A stretch of 64,000 nt of DNA from Antedon mediterranea (taxonomy: Eukaryota; Animalia; Echinodermata): the NCBI RefSeq assembly GCF_964355755.1, contig NC_092676.1, forward strand, positions 6,549,888 to 6,613,887. The letters are read 5' to 3'. Numbering within the stretch: position 1 is the stretch's first letter; the number at the start of each line of letters is the position of its first letter. A model generated the notes under the pieces. That model was not told where the DNA came from and did no database searches. It saw only the letters and a list, made by a program, of their open reading frames with translations. Position numbers and translations under genes: made by a program. Shown here piece by piece: positions 15,101 to 30,100 of the stretch.

Positions 15101-18100
15101 CTGATCGCCTATCATTAGTTTCTAAAAAAATTATCTCATAGTCGGTTAAGTGTTACGTTTCTCTATGATAGACAATAAGGGAATTTTAGATTATCAATTA
15201 GAGTAAAAATATAATAATTACAACTACTTTAGGCATTTAAGGTGAAATTCTAATTTCATTTTAATTATTGATTATTGATGTTGATTTCTACTGAATAAAA
15301 AGGATAATATTAATGATTTGAAATGTTTTTTTTTTCAGTGGCGAAGCTTCAATCCGTCATTTACGCAGGTTGAGATTTGGTTCCGATTTGTCTTCTTAGT
15401 AATGACTTTTATTGTAACAGTAAGTACATGATGATTTTTCTTTTTAAATTCCTAATTTCAAAGTTGGATTGTAAATTTGTCTCTCAATTTCATATTCGTG
15501 TCCCTGTGCGTAAACTTTGTATTAGTAATAATAATAATGTACAGTACAGAACAGTTTTCGTGTGTTGTATGTAAAAATGGTATTTTTTTTGTTGGGTTGC
15601 TCATTCATATAATAATTTAGTTCAAATGTTTCCTTACATACATTTTTTAGTTGTAATACTTCTGTCTTTAATTGTCATTTTTAATATATAAATCTGTTTG
15701 TTTTCCTTGTTTTTTTTATGTAAATCAAATGTATATTTTATGGCGACGATCCTGTTGTGTTTGTCTTGATACACTGTTGGATCTTGAATAAAATACAACA
15801 CGTTGATATTTTTAAAGGAACTATAATGTGTTATTACTACATACAGTCCAAACCATGCTACATTAATAAGGAATATTTTTGTTGAATGAAATGTTTGCAT
15901 AGGATTGATGTGTGTGGGAAATCAACAGCTTTATGTCCCTTCAGAGAGATCCTGTAAAATTAGAACTAGTATTTTGTCATTACCAGTGCAAATCCTTCAG
16001 GACAATATTAAAGACTTTTTAAATTTTAGGTTGCACTTACTAAGCCCAGAGCAATGCATTCATATACTGAGTTTAATATGAAATGCATGACAAAATCAAC
16101 TCCAGCCAGAATCAGCATTGTTGTACAGTAGTAAGGGCCTGCTCAACACCACGTACACCACATGCTCAACACCACATACACCCCATCACATACACCCCAT
16201 GCTCAACACCACATACACCACATACACCACATGCTCAACACCACATACACCACATGCTCAACACCACATACACCACATGCTCAACACCACATACACCACA
16301 TGCTATACACCACATACAGTACACCACATGCTCAACACCACATACACCACATGCTCAACACCACATACACCACATACACCACATGCTCAACACCACATAC
16401 ACCACATGCTCAACACCACATACACCACATACACCACATGCTATACACCACATACACCACATGCTCAACACCACATACACCACATGCTCAACACCACATA
16501 CACCACATGCTCAACACCACATACACCACACGCTATACATAATAAATAGGATCATGCGCACACACACATGCCTTAGATGCTAACGCATTTAGGGGTTACA
16601 ACATAACCCCTAAATAATCAACCTCACTCGTAAATAAACAGAACCTAACTTTCCCAAATTTTAGCACAATTAGCGTGCTAAATTGAATTGAATTCAATTT
16701 ATTTCCACCATACCACTCAACAAACTACTACAACTAAGTACATGGAGGATGCATATTTTAAGATCTGTGCAGAACATAGATCTTTAAGCTTATAAGCAAC
16801 CTTAGACAATAATAATAATTACAATAAACATAAAAGCATTGAATAAATATATTAAGTAAATAAATAAATAAATAAATAGGGCAGTATACAAAAAAAATTA
16901 TTCAATATTTTATATGTTTATAAATTAGCAGATGTGGTAGTGGTACTGTAATATTATGCATAGTGGTGTTGGGAGTGTTGCATTTAGTAGAACCATTGTT
17001 TAATTAATTAACTCATTCATAAAGAAAGAATTTCAAAATTTCAAAGTAGTATAGTAGACAATATTAAAGGATACTAACAGTATATGAGACAACATAGCTC
17101 ATTAATTATTTAAATTAAGACAGGTGTTTTACCAACTATGTCTAATATTCTCTTCCACTCAGACAGACTCGTTGAAGACTTTTATAACTAATCATTACAT
17201 TTCCTTTTCGAAAAACAGTTTTGAATTCAATTCCACCTTGTCTCGTTCATTAATAAACATGCCGTATCATGAAAACCTTTCAACATCATTTACCGCGCCT
17301 CATTTCCTCTTTAGATATATTTTTAGTCCAGGTACTAAAAAAAATAAGATAGAATGGAATGATTTATTATAATGACTATTTCAAAAATCAATTTTGCCTA
17401 GTGTAGTGTTTTTTTAAAGAGATACTGTATGTTTAATATATTATATATTTTTATACATTATAATACACATTTATATAATCATTTATTTAGGCAGTTACAT
17501 ACTGTATTGTTGAATAATACATTTTAATGAACTGACTTAAAAAAACTTTAAAAAAAATAGACTTAAAATAAAAAAAAAAAACTTGAAATAGCAGTATAAA
17601 AATTAACACAATACCTCATTGTTATGTTACTGATGATAACTTACTAAATGTACAGTAAACCTATTTCATTATTTATAGTGAATTATTATAATTTTTATTT
17701 TTGTTCTGACGATTTTAATTACTGTAGGATGAATGAAACTAAATTAATTCTAAATAAAACTAGTATAATTTATTTAAAGATGTATTGTCCCCCTGAAAAA
17801 ATAATTCTTAAATTTGTGTTGAAAATGCCATTTTAATGTAACATAATAGTTATCCACTTTGACCAAAAATTGGATCGAAAAAAAAATTATTTAAAAAAAA
17901 ACGTAATTTAAAGCAAAAAATTGTCAAATTGGCTGCCAGCCAATGGGTTTTTGGTTAAATTTAACCATTTATTTTTTCATTTTGATAAGTGAAACATTAT
18001 TTTTTTTCGTTTTCTTTCTACGGAAATTATTAACTTTATTAAAACTACAAAATAACGTATTCAAATTCTGATTTAATTAATCTTTATTTTTTATTTTTTT

Positions 18101-21100
18101 GAGGGACAATACATTTTTAAATATAGTGCCACTACATGGATGTTTTTGAAATTTTAACAAATTATTCATTATAAAAAAAAGTTCAAGTTAATAAGTTAAG
18201 TAATTGTCAACATTATTAAAGAATTTTAAATTACTACGACAAAATGTAATCATCAAGGTTGGAGAGATATTTTAGATTTATAATAACGTCATCTACACCG
18301 CATGTATATTTTTTTTATTACCTGTGACATTAGCTTTCTATATTTAGAGTTTAACTGTAAAAATGAAAAATGAGAGATAACTGATTGACAGACAGGTATT
18401 TGGTTATTAAAATTATGTGTATATTTTACTGTCTTTGAAGGCTGTTTGATGATTTTTAGCAAATGCTAAGTGAAATATTTTTTTTTCAATTTAAAGAAAC
18501 ACGATAGGCCTACTGTAGATTTAATTTATTCTTTATTTATATTCCATTTTGCTTATCACTTAATCATAATCATTATTGCATTGCTGCTTGGGTGATTAGG
18601 TGAATAATTATATAATAATATCTTGGATTTATATAGCGCCATTCAACAAGTGCTATAACATACAAAGAAAAGAAAATCTAGCCATGCCAAAAAACCCCAA
18701 ACAGGAGCTATGGGATACGCTTTTGTCTATACATACCAGTTATTAGTATAACTGTATTGAATGGTCAGCCATGTATTTCAGTCATCCTGTAAAATAAGGT
18801 TCCAAAAAAATTAGTTGGCAATGTGATAAAGAAATAAAATCTCTGTCGTTAATATGACACTGATACAATAAGTTTCATCTACATCCGATGTAACTTTAAC
18901 TTTTACAATTTAAATTACTAGCTTTGAGAATGTGACATAGACATGTCTATTAAATAACGATGTAATTTTTATGTTTGAACATAATAGAAGGTAAACCACA
19001 ACTTAACTTAAAAAACAGAGTGTGCAAGCATAACTATGGTGTTTTAATAATGATAAGAAATTTTTATGTTGAAATGTCTTAATTAAAAACATTTGTTGGT
19101 TAACTATTAATTTATGATTTTTTTTTCTGTACATTTTTTAGTGTATGTTCGCACATTCTCTTCGTAAGTTCACGATGCGTGATTGGTCAATCGAACAGAA
19201 GTGGATGTCAGTATTATTGCCTTTAATTCTTTTATATAATGGTGAGTTTTTAAATAAACTTTAAATTGCTGTCTTGTGGCCATATTCACCAATCACACTT
19301 TAAGTGAGATAGTTCTCTTAAATATTATTCAATTAACTCAGTATAAAATAAATTGTATTCATACTGTAGTTGGAGATTTTTTTTTTTTTAATTCTTAAGG
19401 GTAAAGTTTTTCCCTTCCTCAATGTGAATCGTGAATACGGCCACCTGCTTATAATTTCAGTCTTTTATTTGATATTTCTATAATCTTCATCCCAATTTTT
19501 TATTGGGTATAGGTATGACATTTTAAGGAAATTAGGGGTTTGGATTATATCCGATTACATTATTCAGACTTAAAAAACTACAAAAAAAGTAGGCAAATTT
19601 GCCTAAACTAGTTGGTGGGATTATGCAAGAACATGGTAATACTGTTAACCCATCCTAGACTATTACAGTCTTTTGTTCAATCAAACTACATTACCCTATC
19701 CTAGCTCCGCAATAAATTGTTCATCTCTTTACCTATTTTCAGTTATTCTCGAGTTTTTAGTTATCATTTGTATATTATGTATCATCTGAAAACCTGTGTA
19801 TTGATTCCAATAGGCTTATTTATACAACTCCTATCACTACACATTGTTTCAATCCGAGCAGATCTTTTAGAAGCTCATATAAAGTGACCAGTCGAGTGCG
19901 TCTATTAAAACGTTTAATCTCTTTTCTTACAGATCCAATATTTGCACTTACATTCCTAGTTGACAGTGTGGTACCGTTGATGCTAGACTCTGTATTCCAG
20001 GCATCTTTTTTATGTACTCTGCTTTTGTTTTGGCTGTGCGTGTATCATGGTATTCGACAGGTAAGAAAATAATTCTTTATTTTATTTATATTCACCATAC
20101 AAATTTATTAAATATAAATTTTCTCTTTGTTACTTGTCACTGTTGGTATGTTTCTAATATACAACATGGGTTCCAACTTGGAAGTGAATTACCACAAGGA
20201 TTTATGAAAGCTAGCCAAACAAGAGAGGGCGCTATAAAGATATAAAATATACACCAAACTATAGAGGGCACACAAAAATATAAGGCATCAGCATTTACAG
20301 TAAATTTTGGGTATGCCGGTAACGTTCCAGGCATGGCAAAGGTGAAAAATGTGTAGGATCAATGTATTTTTTAAATGGCTACAGTTAAACTTTAAAAGGA
20401 CTTTAAAGATGTATTGTCCCCCAAAAACTTGAAAAATGAAGATTAATAAAATCAGACTTTGTTTGAATAGATTATTTTGTAGTTTTAATAAAGTTAATCA
20501 CTTCCGTAGAAAAATGACAAAATAAATGGTTAAATTCAACCAAAAACTCATTGGCTGGCAGCCAATTTGACTATTTTTTTGCTTTAAATGAGGGTTTTTT
20601 TAGGTAAATAAATTTTTTTTCCATCCAATTTTTGGTCAAAGTGGATAACTATTACATAGGTGACATTAAAATGGCATATTAAACAAAAAATTCTTTTAAA
20701 TACTAAAAAACCTAGTAAAATACAAGAAAAAAAAAATACCAAAGCTATACACAAAATACTTTTTTGGGATGTTTCTTTTTGTTTGTCCAAAAAAGAATTG
20801 GCATTTTAGCAGAAGTTTGGGAGATAATTCAAAATATTTTGGAGAGTTAGAAAGTCTGAAAATATAGTATAATAATTATTCATAAAAAAATTATATTACG
20901 ACTTACAAATTCCATGTCACCATTGATCCTAAATGGTGTAATATATTACACAATTTTGCCCCAGGTTTTATTGCTTTGTTGTTATTACACCCGTATGCAA
21001 ACAGGTTATAACCAATATTGATGGTTCAACTAGTAATTATGTATGTTGGATTTATGTACAGAGATTATACCATCTACTTTATTGAGATGAACATTAATTA

Positions 21101-24100
21101 GATATCTCCTCATCTTATGAGTAGATATTTACGCAGATCGTATTCATTCCCTGCATGACCTTGACATATATTTGATATATGCTGACTCTTACGCTCGAGG
21201 TGTGCTTTTAAATTCAATCTGTACGTAATCTCAAATTAACATTTCTATTTAATGGTAGAAATATGCAAAATTGCTTCTGATTTTGTTTTATGTTTCTCTG
21301 TATGGATTTCTAAACTCATTATAGTTCATGAGCGATATATACTATACATCGTATCAGATTATGACAAATTTGCAACTCTCTTAATAAGGGTGATGATGAC
21401 TATTCATTATTTATTTAGGTCAAACTAATACAATTGGTGTTTGAATTTACTACACAAAAAAGAATAAAAAATCATTCACGTTTAAATTTAAATTTAAAGT
21501 ATAACATTACGCCACTCGTTAAGCAAGAAATCACAATATTGAATATTTAAACATGACAGGCAAGGTACTTGACCTATTTGACAATATACCTGTAGCTTGA
21601 AATTTTCAGCATTGTATGCCTGGAAAAGCCACTCCATAATCTTTATTAAGGTATTATTCCTACAAAACTTTACTCAAAAACATTTTTTTTTCCTTTTTTA
21701 AAATATAATTTCAATATTCATAAAAATTAAATGATAAATGACTATTGTTTGTGACATTTACCAGTTGACTTTTTTTTCTCTTAATTACTCCAGAGCAAAC
21801 GAAAGTGGTCAACGTTTTACCTCCCAAAGATAATTTTAGTTGGTTTATTATGGGCATCCGCAATATCTCTAGCCTGTTGGCAGCAATATCAAGAAAAACA
21901 CGATCCAACATATGACTACAGAGTCGATTCCGGTAATTATTTGGTAAGTTAAAAGCGCATTGTTTTCTTGTTACGTAAAGAGCACGGCGGTTTTATGAGT
22001 ACACAAAAGCAACCGAAACAACAGCAGCACTTAAGCTTGTCATTAGTAAATTTATAGTTAAAAGTGCAAATGTTTAATAAACATGATTAGCATAAGTCGA
22101 ACCTCCAAAGCAGCATATAACAAAGTCAATAACCCCTTTTAGATGACGTATACACTATTACAAATGTTGTAACTATACTATGAATATTTTTAATTGTTTT
22201 TCCCGTTAAGATGGAATTAAGAATTTAATCATCACTTTTGATTCTATGTTAATGATTTTCATGATATTCTCACCTAAAGCTCTGTATACACTATTAAACT
22301 AGTTTGAGAATAAAGTGTGATGTGCCCAAATATGGTAGTGATATGCCCAAATATGGTAGCGATATGACATCATCGTATCCAAATGGGCACATCACATTGT
22401 TTTGTCACATAAAGTTTGATAGTGTAGACTGAGCTTTTGACTGTGCTACTAAATGACCCATCTCTATTTTCCCAACATTCTCTAGAAGCTGGTTGTAGCA
22501 TAACTACTGTATATTCTTTTTGGAAACACATGGATGTATTGCAAACCTAACTTTAAATACTGGAATTTTGTGTGTTTTTCTGGTTCTATTTAACAATGTT
22601 CACTTGAGCAAAGGACCATGTCAAAATTGTTCCACTGCAGAAACTACATTTTGTTTATTACACTCTTTAACATGTTTATTCAATTATTGAGCATGGTTTT
22701 GTTAATCATACACTGGTTATTGCATTGACTGCCAGATAAACTTTAAAATCATATAAACATGTTACTGAAGCAACAAATTTAGTTACTGCAAAAACAGCAG
22801 TAGAATAATTAAATGACATAACCACTAAACTGCAGTGTTTTACTGTGCTGTATAATACAATACTAATTTTGTGTATAGAATTTGAATTTAACAGTAAATA
22901 AATTAGCCTAAATCAAAACAAAGTCAGTCCCTATTCTTCAACACACATCTTGGCATTTTACAATTAATTACCACAAAAATAACTTTTATTATCCGAATGC
23001 TAAATCCTACTCGTCAACGAGGACATAACAACGGCTTTAGTTGTCGTTAAAGCTGCCTCATTTGTTTTTACAACTTGGTTTTTGAAAGAGTAAGATTAGG
23101 TAGACTGTCAATGTTAAGATCTCATGAAATGGTTCGTTTAAAGTTGATATCCAAATTTTATCTTCATTTTAAAATGAATGTACATTTGTTTCTCATTAAA
23201 TATTTATTTTTTAATAAATTGATTGTAAGTAAAACCATTTTTTTTTGTATTTCAGGCAATGAAAATATTTTTCTTTTTTTTTGGTGGAGTATACCTTCTG
23301 TACTTACTTTTTTTGGTTATCCGTGCTTTCACTGAACTTCGAACTTTGCCCTACATGAGTAAGTCAACATTTTTTTTCATAGAAAAATTCTGCAAACTTT
23401 ACTTTTAGTCTTTTTATCCGACAGATAATTTGACAGAACTCTATTAATTTGGGAGCCTAATGTTACACACAATGTCATCATTTTATTGTTCACTGCAGTA
23501 ATTACAATTCACTGTTCCGTAGTTTGAATTTGTTATTCTAATTATAGTTATCTAATAACTGGATTGAATTTTTATGTAAACTTAGTACGTGAGACAATCA
23601 TCTATTCTAGATGTGAAATGTTATTCATATTAAATTTGAAATATAATAATTATCTGACCCAGATATTACATGATATAATAATATTAATAAGAATAATAAT
23701 AGTTATGTGACCTAGATTTGAAAATAAAATGTAGATTGCTTGTTAATCTATGTTGCAAAGTAGTTGGCATATTTCTTCTAATTTGCTTTACTTTTTTCTT
23801 TATACAGATCTGCGGCTTAGGTTCATGACAATGTTGATGTTATTTGTGGTCGCAATCAGGTAAATAAAAATGCGATTTTTGTTTTTAAAAAGTTATAATA
23901 AAATAGAAATTGTTCTAAATTAATTGATTATACAGGTCATTTTTTGTTATCAATTTTGTGAAATGCTAGCATTTTATTTATTTATTGTGACTTTGCCCAC
24001 TTTATTGTGTAGATCACTAGTCTATAAGCTGATTTACTAGCCAACTTATAGTTTGTCATGTTACATCATAAATACTGTTTTTTTTCATTACTTGAACAAA

Positions 24101-27100
24101 TTCTTGTTTCTTCTATGGCTCGGCTATAATACATACTTATGCCTACATGCTACATAATTATTTAGTTTTAGGAATTTTTAGTAGACCAACGAACAACAAC
24201 CCAAAGTGCTAATTTCCACCCTAAAAGTGCTTAAAGCTCTGTCTACACTATCAAACTTTATGTGACAAAAGAAATGTGATGTGCCCATATATTGACATGA
24301 TGATGTCATATCACTACCATATTTGGGCATATCACTACCATATTTGGGCATATCACACTTTTTTTGTCAAATTAGTTTGATAGTGTAAACAGTGCTTAAG
24401 AAAACCACTTATTTTTTCTCTTTCAGTTTTTCAATTGTTTTGCTGAGGTTTGGCATCCGTGTTCTTCAAGACAACTATATCAGCCAGCTTTCAACTTATT
24501 ACAAAAATTATATCCTTTTTAATTATTTTAATTACAAGCAACTTTATAAATTATCTCTATGATTTATATGTGATTATTAATATTATTATTTTGTTTCAGA
24601 ACTTTTACTTTGCACTGTGTATCCTGGATATTGATTAAAAAAAAGCATATACAGATAGGGATGAAATATAAACATTATTCATAAAAAAAAAACAGATTAA
24701 AAAAACCCATCCTCTTGTGACTTATTTCCAATAGGGTTCGAAATATTTTTTTTAAACAGCAAAAAGTAAGACGCAATTGAAAAAGCATCTGCAAATTCCT
24801 ATTGCAAAAATATTAATTAATCTACCATTTTTTAAGGTAAAATTAGGTTTCATTTAAAATGGATTATAGGTTTATTGTTAACAGGTTACAGAAGTATAAC
24901 GGTTTATGTATTTATTGTCCAAAAGGTTTTAAGTTTATCCCCCAAGGACCTATAAATTTACCTATTTGTGTTATAACAAATAATTGTAGTGAGAGACTGA
25001 GGGATTGGAAATGTTCCATCCATCGCCAAACAATACGTTTAACGTACAGTATTAAATCTATAAAAATAGTATGTTTTAAGAAAATCTTCAACATTATGAT
25101 GCTGTACTCGAAAAAGCATCTGCACATTCCTATTTCCAGGATGTCATTAATCTATCATTTTTTAACGTAGAATTAGGTTACATTTTAAATGTATTAAAGG
25201 TGTATTGTTTACAGGTTACAGAAGCATATGTTTCTTGCAAAGCTATTTATACTACTTAACCTGGTACTACATACTGCAAGAACACAGATATGGAACTTAT
25301 CTGTTGTTTGAAATATAATCAAGAGAGACTAGATTTAACATGTTTATCAAAGCTTGTTAATGCGAGAGCTCTTGTATGTCATTTCTAATCTGATTACGTT
25401 AGTTTGAACAAAACCTGGCAATGTATTATTTACATTTGCGTCATTAGGCAAAATTTTATATGTATGTTTTGTTGACATAAAAAAACGATGTACTGGTATT
25501 ATAAAATATCTATTATTATCACAAGTCGTTTACATATTTTATCATTCTTGACTGTTGATTCAATATTTGTTTGACACTTAGTAATTATGATGTAAAAACT
25601 TTGTGATTGCTATAACATTATATTTTTTTTTAAATACACTTCATAACCACCTCTAATTTTACTGATTTTCAATGATGCTTAAAAAAAGATGCTAAATGGG
25701 TGTGATGCTAAATTCTATTGAAAATTATATTTTCCTATGTAAAATTTATTGTACTTTTATATTATATGAGAAATTCCTCAAAATTATATAAATGACAGCC
25801 AAATTTTGTGATTTTTCTTATCTTATTATATTAGAAAAAGAAGCATTTCACGACGTTTGTTTTACCGCTGACAAATAATAAGTGTTGTTGTATAGGTTTA
25901 TATTTTATAATAAACAATAGGAATTTTAAACCTGCGCATGGAGCCACCCTTTAACTGTAATACTAAATAATTAACATACTAAATAAATAACATACTAAGT
26001 AAATAATATACTATAACACATGTATTAGTTTTGAAAAGAACTGTTGATTTCTCGACGTTTCGATCAATATGCTTTGATCGTTCTCACTCCTGAGGACGAT
26101 CAAAGCATATTGATCGAAACGTCGAGAAACTCAACAGTTCTTTTCAGAACTAATACATGTGGTGTACCGTAAACTTTATATCAACATTTGATTTCTCCAT
26201 GCAAACCTTCAAACAATATAATATACTATAATAAATAATATACTAAATAATAATAATATTTATTCGGTCATCAATGTAAAAATAACCAGGAATGAGAATA
26301 GGCTAAAGCCCAAACAGATTCTGCACTCACTCCATACAATACAAACAGTTAAGATAAAACCATATACAAGAAAAATACAAATAAACTATACATAACATGA
26401 AATATAGTGTTTTGTTAGAGCAGCCTTAAATATTGAAATTGTTTGTGAATCTTTTATGTCATTTGGTATTTATAATATACTATAATAAATAATATACTAT
26501 AATAAATAATATACTATAATAAATAATATACTATAATAAATAATATAATAAATAGTATACTAAGCATAAATATTTGTATTCCTTAACATTGTCTTACCTG
26601 CAGAGTTTCTCACTTTCTATGGATTATTAAACTTCTACTTGTACACAATGGCATATGTGTATTCACCCTCAGCAAATGCACACAAAGGTAAGAAGAACTG
26701 TCCTTCAGATACGACATTAAGATGTTGATCCCATAAATAAAATCAAAAGAAAATTAAGGAATTTGAATCAAAACCAAACAGAAGTCAAAAAGAAGAAGAC
26801 AAAAACAAAATGTTTAAATTTGCTTTTAGAATCCAAAACAAACTTAAAAGGTTCAATCTTTAATGAATCGCTGTATAAAGGATCATTTTAATCCAATGCA
26901 TGGTTTCAGAGCCATTTGTATTTAGTTTGTGCATGAAGAAAATATATTTTGTTTAGAACTATAATCGTACTATGATTGGTACTATATAATATTGTTTTTG
27001 AATGTAAAACAATATTATTCCAGATATTGTATGTAATAATAGGCCCACATGCTGGTTCTGTGGGGTTTGAGAGGATGGGAGTTTAGGACAGAACATTCCA

Positions 27101-30100
27101 CTTAAGCTGGGGAAATCTGTACACAGTCCCATGTTATTCCATTTCTCTTCAAGTTCATCTATGCTACAATAATTACTTCGCATTTTGAACAGTTAATCGT
27201 GTCTCTAAAGGGTGAACTTGAAATGTTATTGTTTTCCTGTGCAAATGCACTATTTCTATCTCCATCCACGGAATTATCAAGTTCTTCCCAAGGGATCTGA
27301 GTATTAGGTATTTGTTACACTATCTGGGATAAAGTTATTATAATCTTTTCCTACAGGGATGTGATTATGTATTATAAATATCCTACTGTGATAATGCATA
27401 GAATATGCTTCCCTGGTTACCAGTGTACTTTTGTTATTAACAATAATAATCTTTTGTGATTAAAGAAATCCAATAATGTGTCCGGTTCGTGTAGAGTACA
27501 ATAATGAATAGCAGTATTAAATATCATAAAAAATGTACAATACATTTTAAGAGTAATAATATTTGTAATTGCTAATATGGATTTTTATTTTAAATTTTTA
27601 TTTTTAATAATGATATTTTTTTTTTTTTTAATAAAATACAATTACTATCATTTGAAAAAAAAAATAGATACAAATGAAATGCATGGAATGCATTGAAAAT
27701 TTAGTGAAATAAAAGTTTTTCAAAGCAGATGAAAACAAATGGGTTGGAATATATTTTAACACTGTGCCAACTCCAGTTCAGGATAAGTTCTATATGGGAA
27801 ACTTTGTTGGGGCTCGAAGGTGTCCCCTTATTAGGGTCTTTAATAGAATGTTTATAGGTAAAGAGCCTCAACATAACAAGTGACTTTTTTTATTGAAAGT
27901 AGTAAATGCTTTCTTGAATGGATGGAATACACACAAAAAATATCAATTTAATCATGAAACCTTTAGATCGTAGGAACAATGATTAATTTGAGAGTAAGAT
28001 TTTAAGGATGAAACGTTTGAAAAGCTTTTAAAAGCTATCAGAATCAGAAAAGAAATATAGATAGAATCCAAAATAATAAATCAATAATTTAAAATCTTTT
28101 AAACCCAGACAGCCTTGCATTCACAGTTTTAGAAATAACATGATACGTATGTGAATTCAATTATGTTGTAGATTGCTGTAATGGTGTTTGTGAAAATTCA
28201 ATACATACAATATACCAGAAAATTCAGATTCAGTTAAAATTAAGCAAGGGTGAACCCAAATAACAAAATTCTAAATTGTACTTTCCCAAAACCTTTAAAT
28301 ACCGGAATGTTGTCTGGCGGGGTTTTAATTTTTTACTAACCCTGAAACCAGTTCTAGAAATACCAGGATGGTTTCCGGCTCGGTTTAGTTTTTGACCAAC
28401 CCCAAAACCAGTTCTAGAAATACCGGGATGGTGTTTGGCGGGGGATAGTTTTACCATGTAGTTTAAGTTCTATTTATTTGTTGTTAGCCTATACCGTTCA
28501 ATTCATTTCAATGTAAATGTTTTTTTTATATATTTACAAATGACAATCAATTTACTTACATACTAATATTTGATGTATTTTATCATTTAATATTCTTTAT
28601 ATTTCAGATTCTTATTTTAAAGAAAATCCCAATTTTGCGATGTTGAATGATTCAGAAGATGAAATAATCTATGGGTAAGTAGCGACTAACCTACACCGTT
28701 ACATAAAGGCAATTACAACAGGATGCTGAGCTCCGGAGATCAATAGGTTTATCTTTGGCTGTGTCACGATCAGTTCCCCACCCCTTACAGACACTGCACG
28801 CCGCAGAGAATATGTACATAGTACAGTACTGTTGTTATTTGTCACAGCCAGACATAAGATCAAAGGTTACAAGTTTCTAGCTTGACAAGTGTTCTGTTGT
28901 TAGATTGCCTTGGTTAATACATTAGCAATATGGAAATTTGTGTTATTGTGAAATGAAGAGAATGAGTATATCGCCAGATTCTATCATTTGTGATTTGAAA
29001 GTGCAACCAGTCTGACCTCAGGAATGTTCAATTCACTCAAATTGATTCACCTAGTAGAAAACGGGCTTTAGGCTGAGACGAAAAATTAATTAAATCTGTA
29101 TCACCTGCCACCATAGCAATGTTAATGATTATTGCATTCACCTAATTGACGTTGATGTCACCATGTAAATGCTAGATACAATTTAAAACTATAAATAGAT
29201 CTTAACTGATCTGTATTTCGTTTTACTAATCATGAAAGCTTTTCAACTGACAACAGTATTGTTTTCAGTCGGTGACATTTTCAATAGTTAATCAACGTCT
29301 TCTAGCTTGAATTAGACTGTATAAACATTACAATTTATTTAAGATATACAAAATTTGAATGAATCAAAAACATTGTCATTTATTCATCTAACGTTGATGA
29401 TAAATATAGAGGGTGCTATACCAACAACAGTATTGTTGTCAGTGACATTTTCAGTAGTTAATCAAAAATGTCTTATATTGACAGACTTCTTCTACTAGCT
29501 TGAACTTTAGACTGTATAAACATTACAATTTATTTAAGATATACAAAATTTGAATGGATCAAAAACATTGTCATTTATTTATTCATCTAACGTTCATGAT
29601 AAATATAGAGGGCGCTATACCAACAAAACTATTGTTTTCAGTCGGTGAAATTTTCAGTAGTTGTTAAAAAATGTCTTGATGAGACTTCTTCTAGCTTGAA
29701 CTTTAGACCACATAAATATCACAATTTATTTAAGATATACAAATCCAACAAACCCTCGTCACTTCTTTTCTCTCATTTTGTGATTACAAGTAGAGGGTGC
29801 TTTACCAACAAAAGTCTGACATTGATAATGAAAATATCTTTTGATTGAAATAGATTGAAATATATACTTATACTGGGTAACCTCTTCAGTCAAAGACTGG
29901 TCTCCCAGAGGGTCCAGTTGGTGATCAGTGGCTGTGATGTACTAGTACACCGGGGTAACCCCCTACTCGTCTTGAAAGATGTACTAGGTTTTTTAAAGTG
30001 CACATGAGCTATGTGTACACTGGACCTATGGTTTATAGTCCTTATCCGAGAAGACTTGTTCTACCACTAGACCCATGGAGTGAGTGAGCCTCGACCCTCG

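Larger units (their letters stand above)
24510..26597 (+). other. U12-type (minor spliceosome) AT-AC intron
   Basis: 5' ATATCCTTTT; branch site TTCCTTAAC at 26579-26587; terminal AC at 26596-26597; splicing restores the conserved KN-SAEFL. Confidence 0.93.

Noticed and set aside
16083-16583. His/Thr-rich protein ORFs
   Set aside because: Open in all three frames because the simple repeat lacks stops; intronic.
26601-26603. CAG as the acceptor of a conventional intron
   Set aside because: No GT donor at the end of the preceding exon; the U12 donor, branch site and AC fit exactly and keep the conserved Ser-Ala.
26959-27330. Antisense nested exon/ORF
   Set aside because: Coding-like composition but no recognisable homology or consistent splice frame.
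28230-28457. 75-aa minus-strand ORF with internal repeat
   Set aside because: Explained by a ~60-bp tandem duplication; no protein family recognised.
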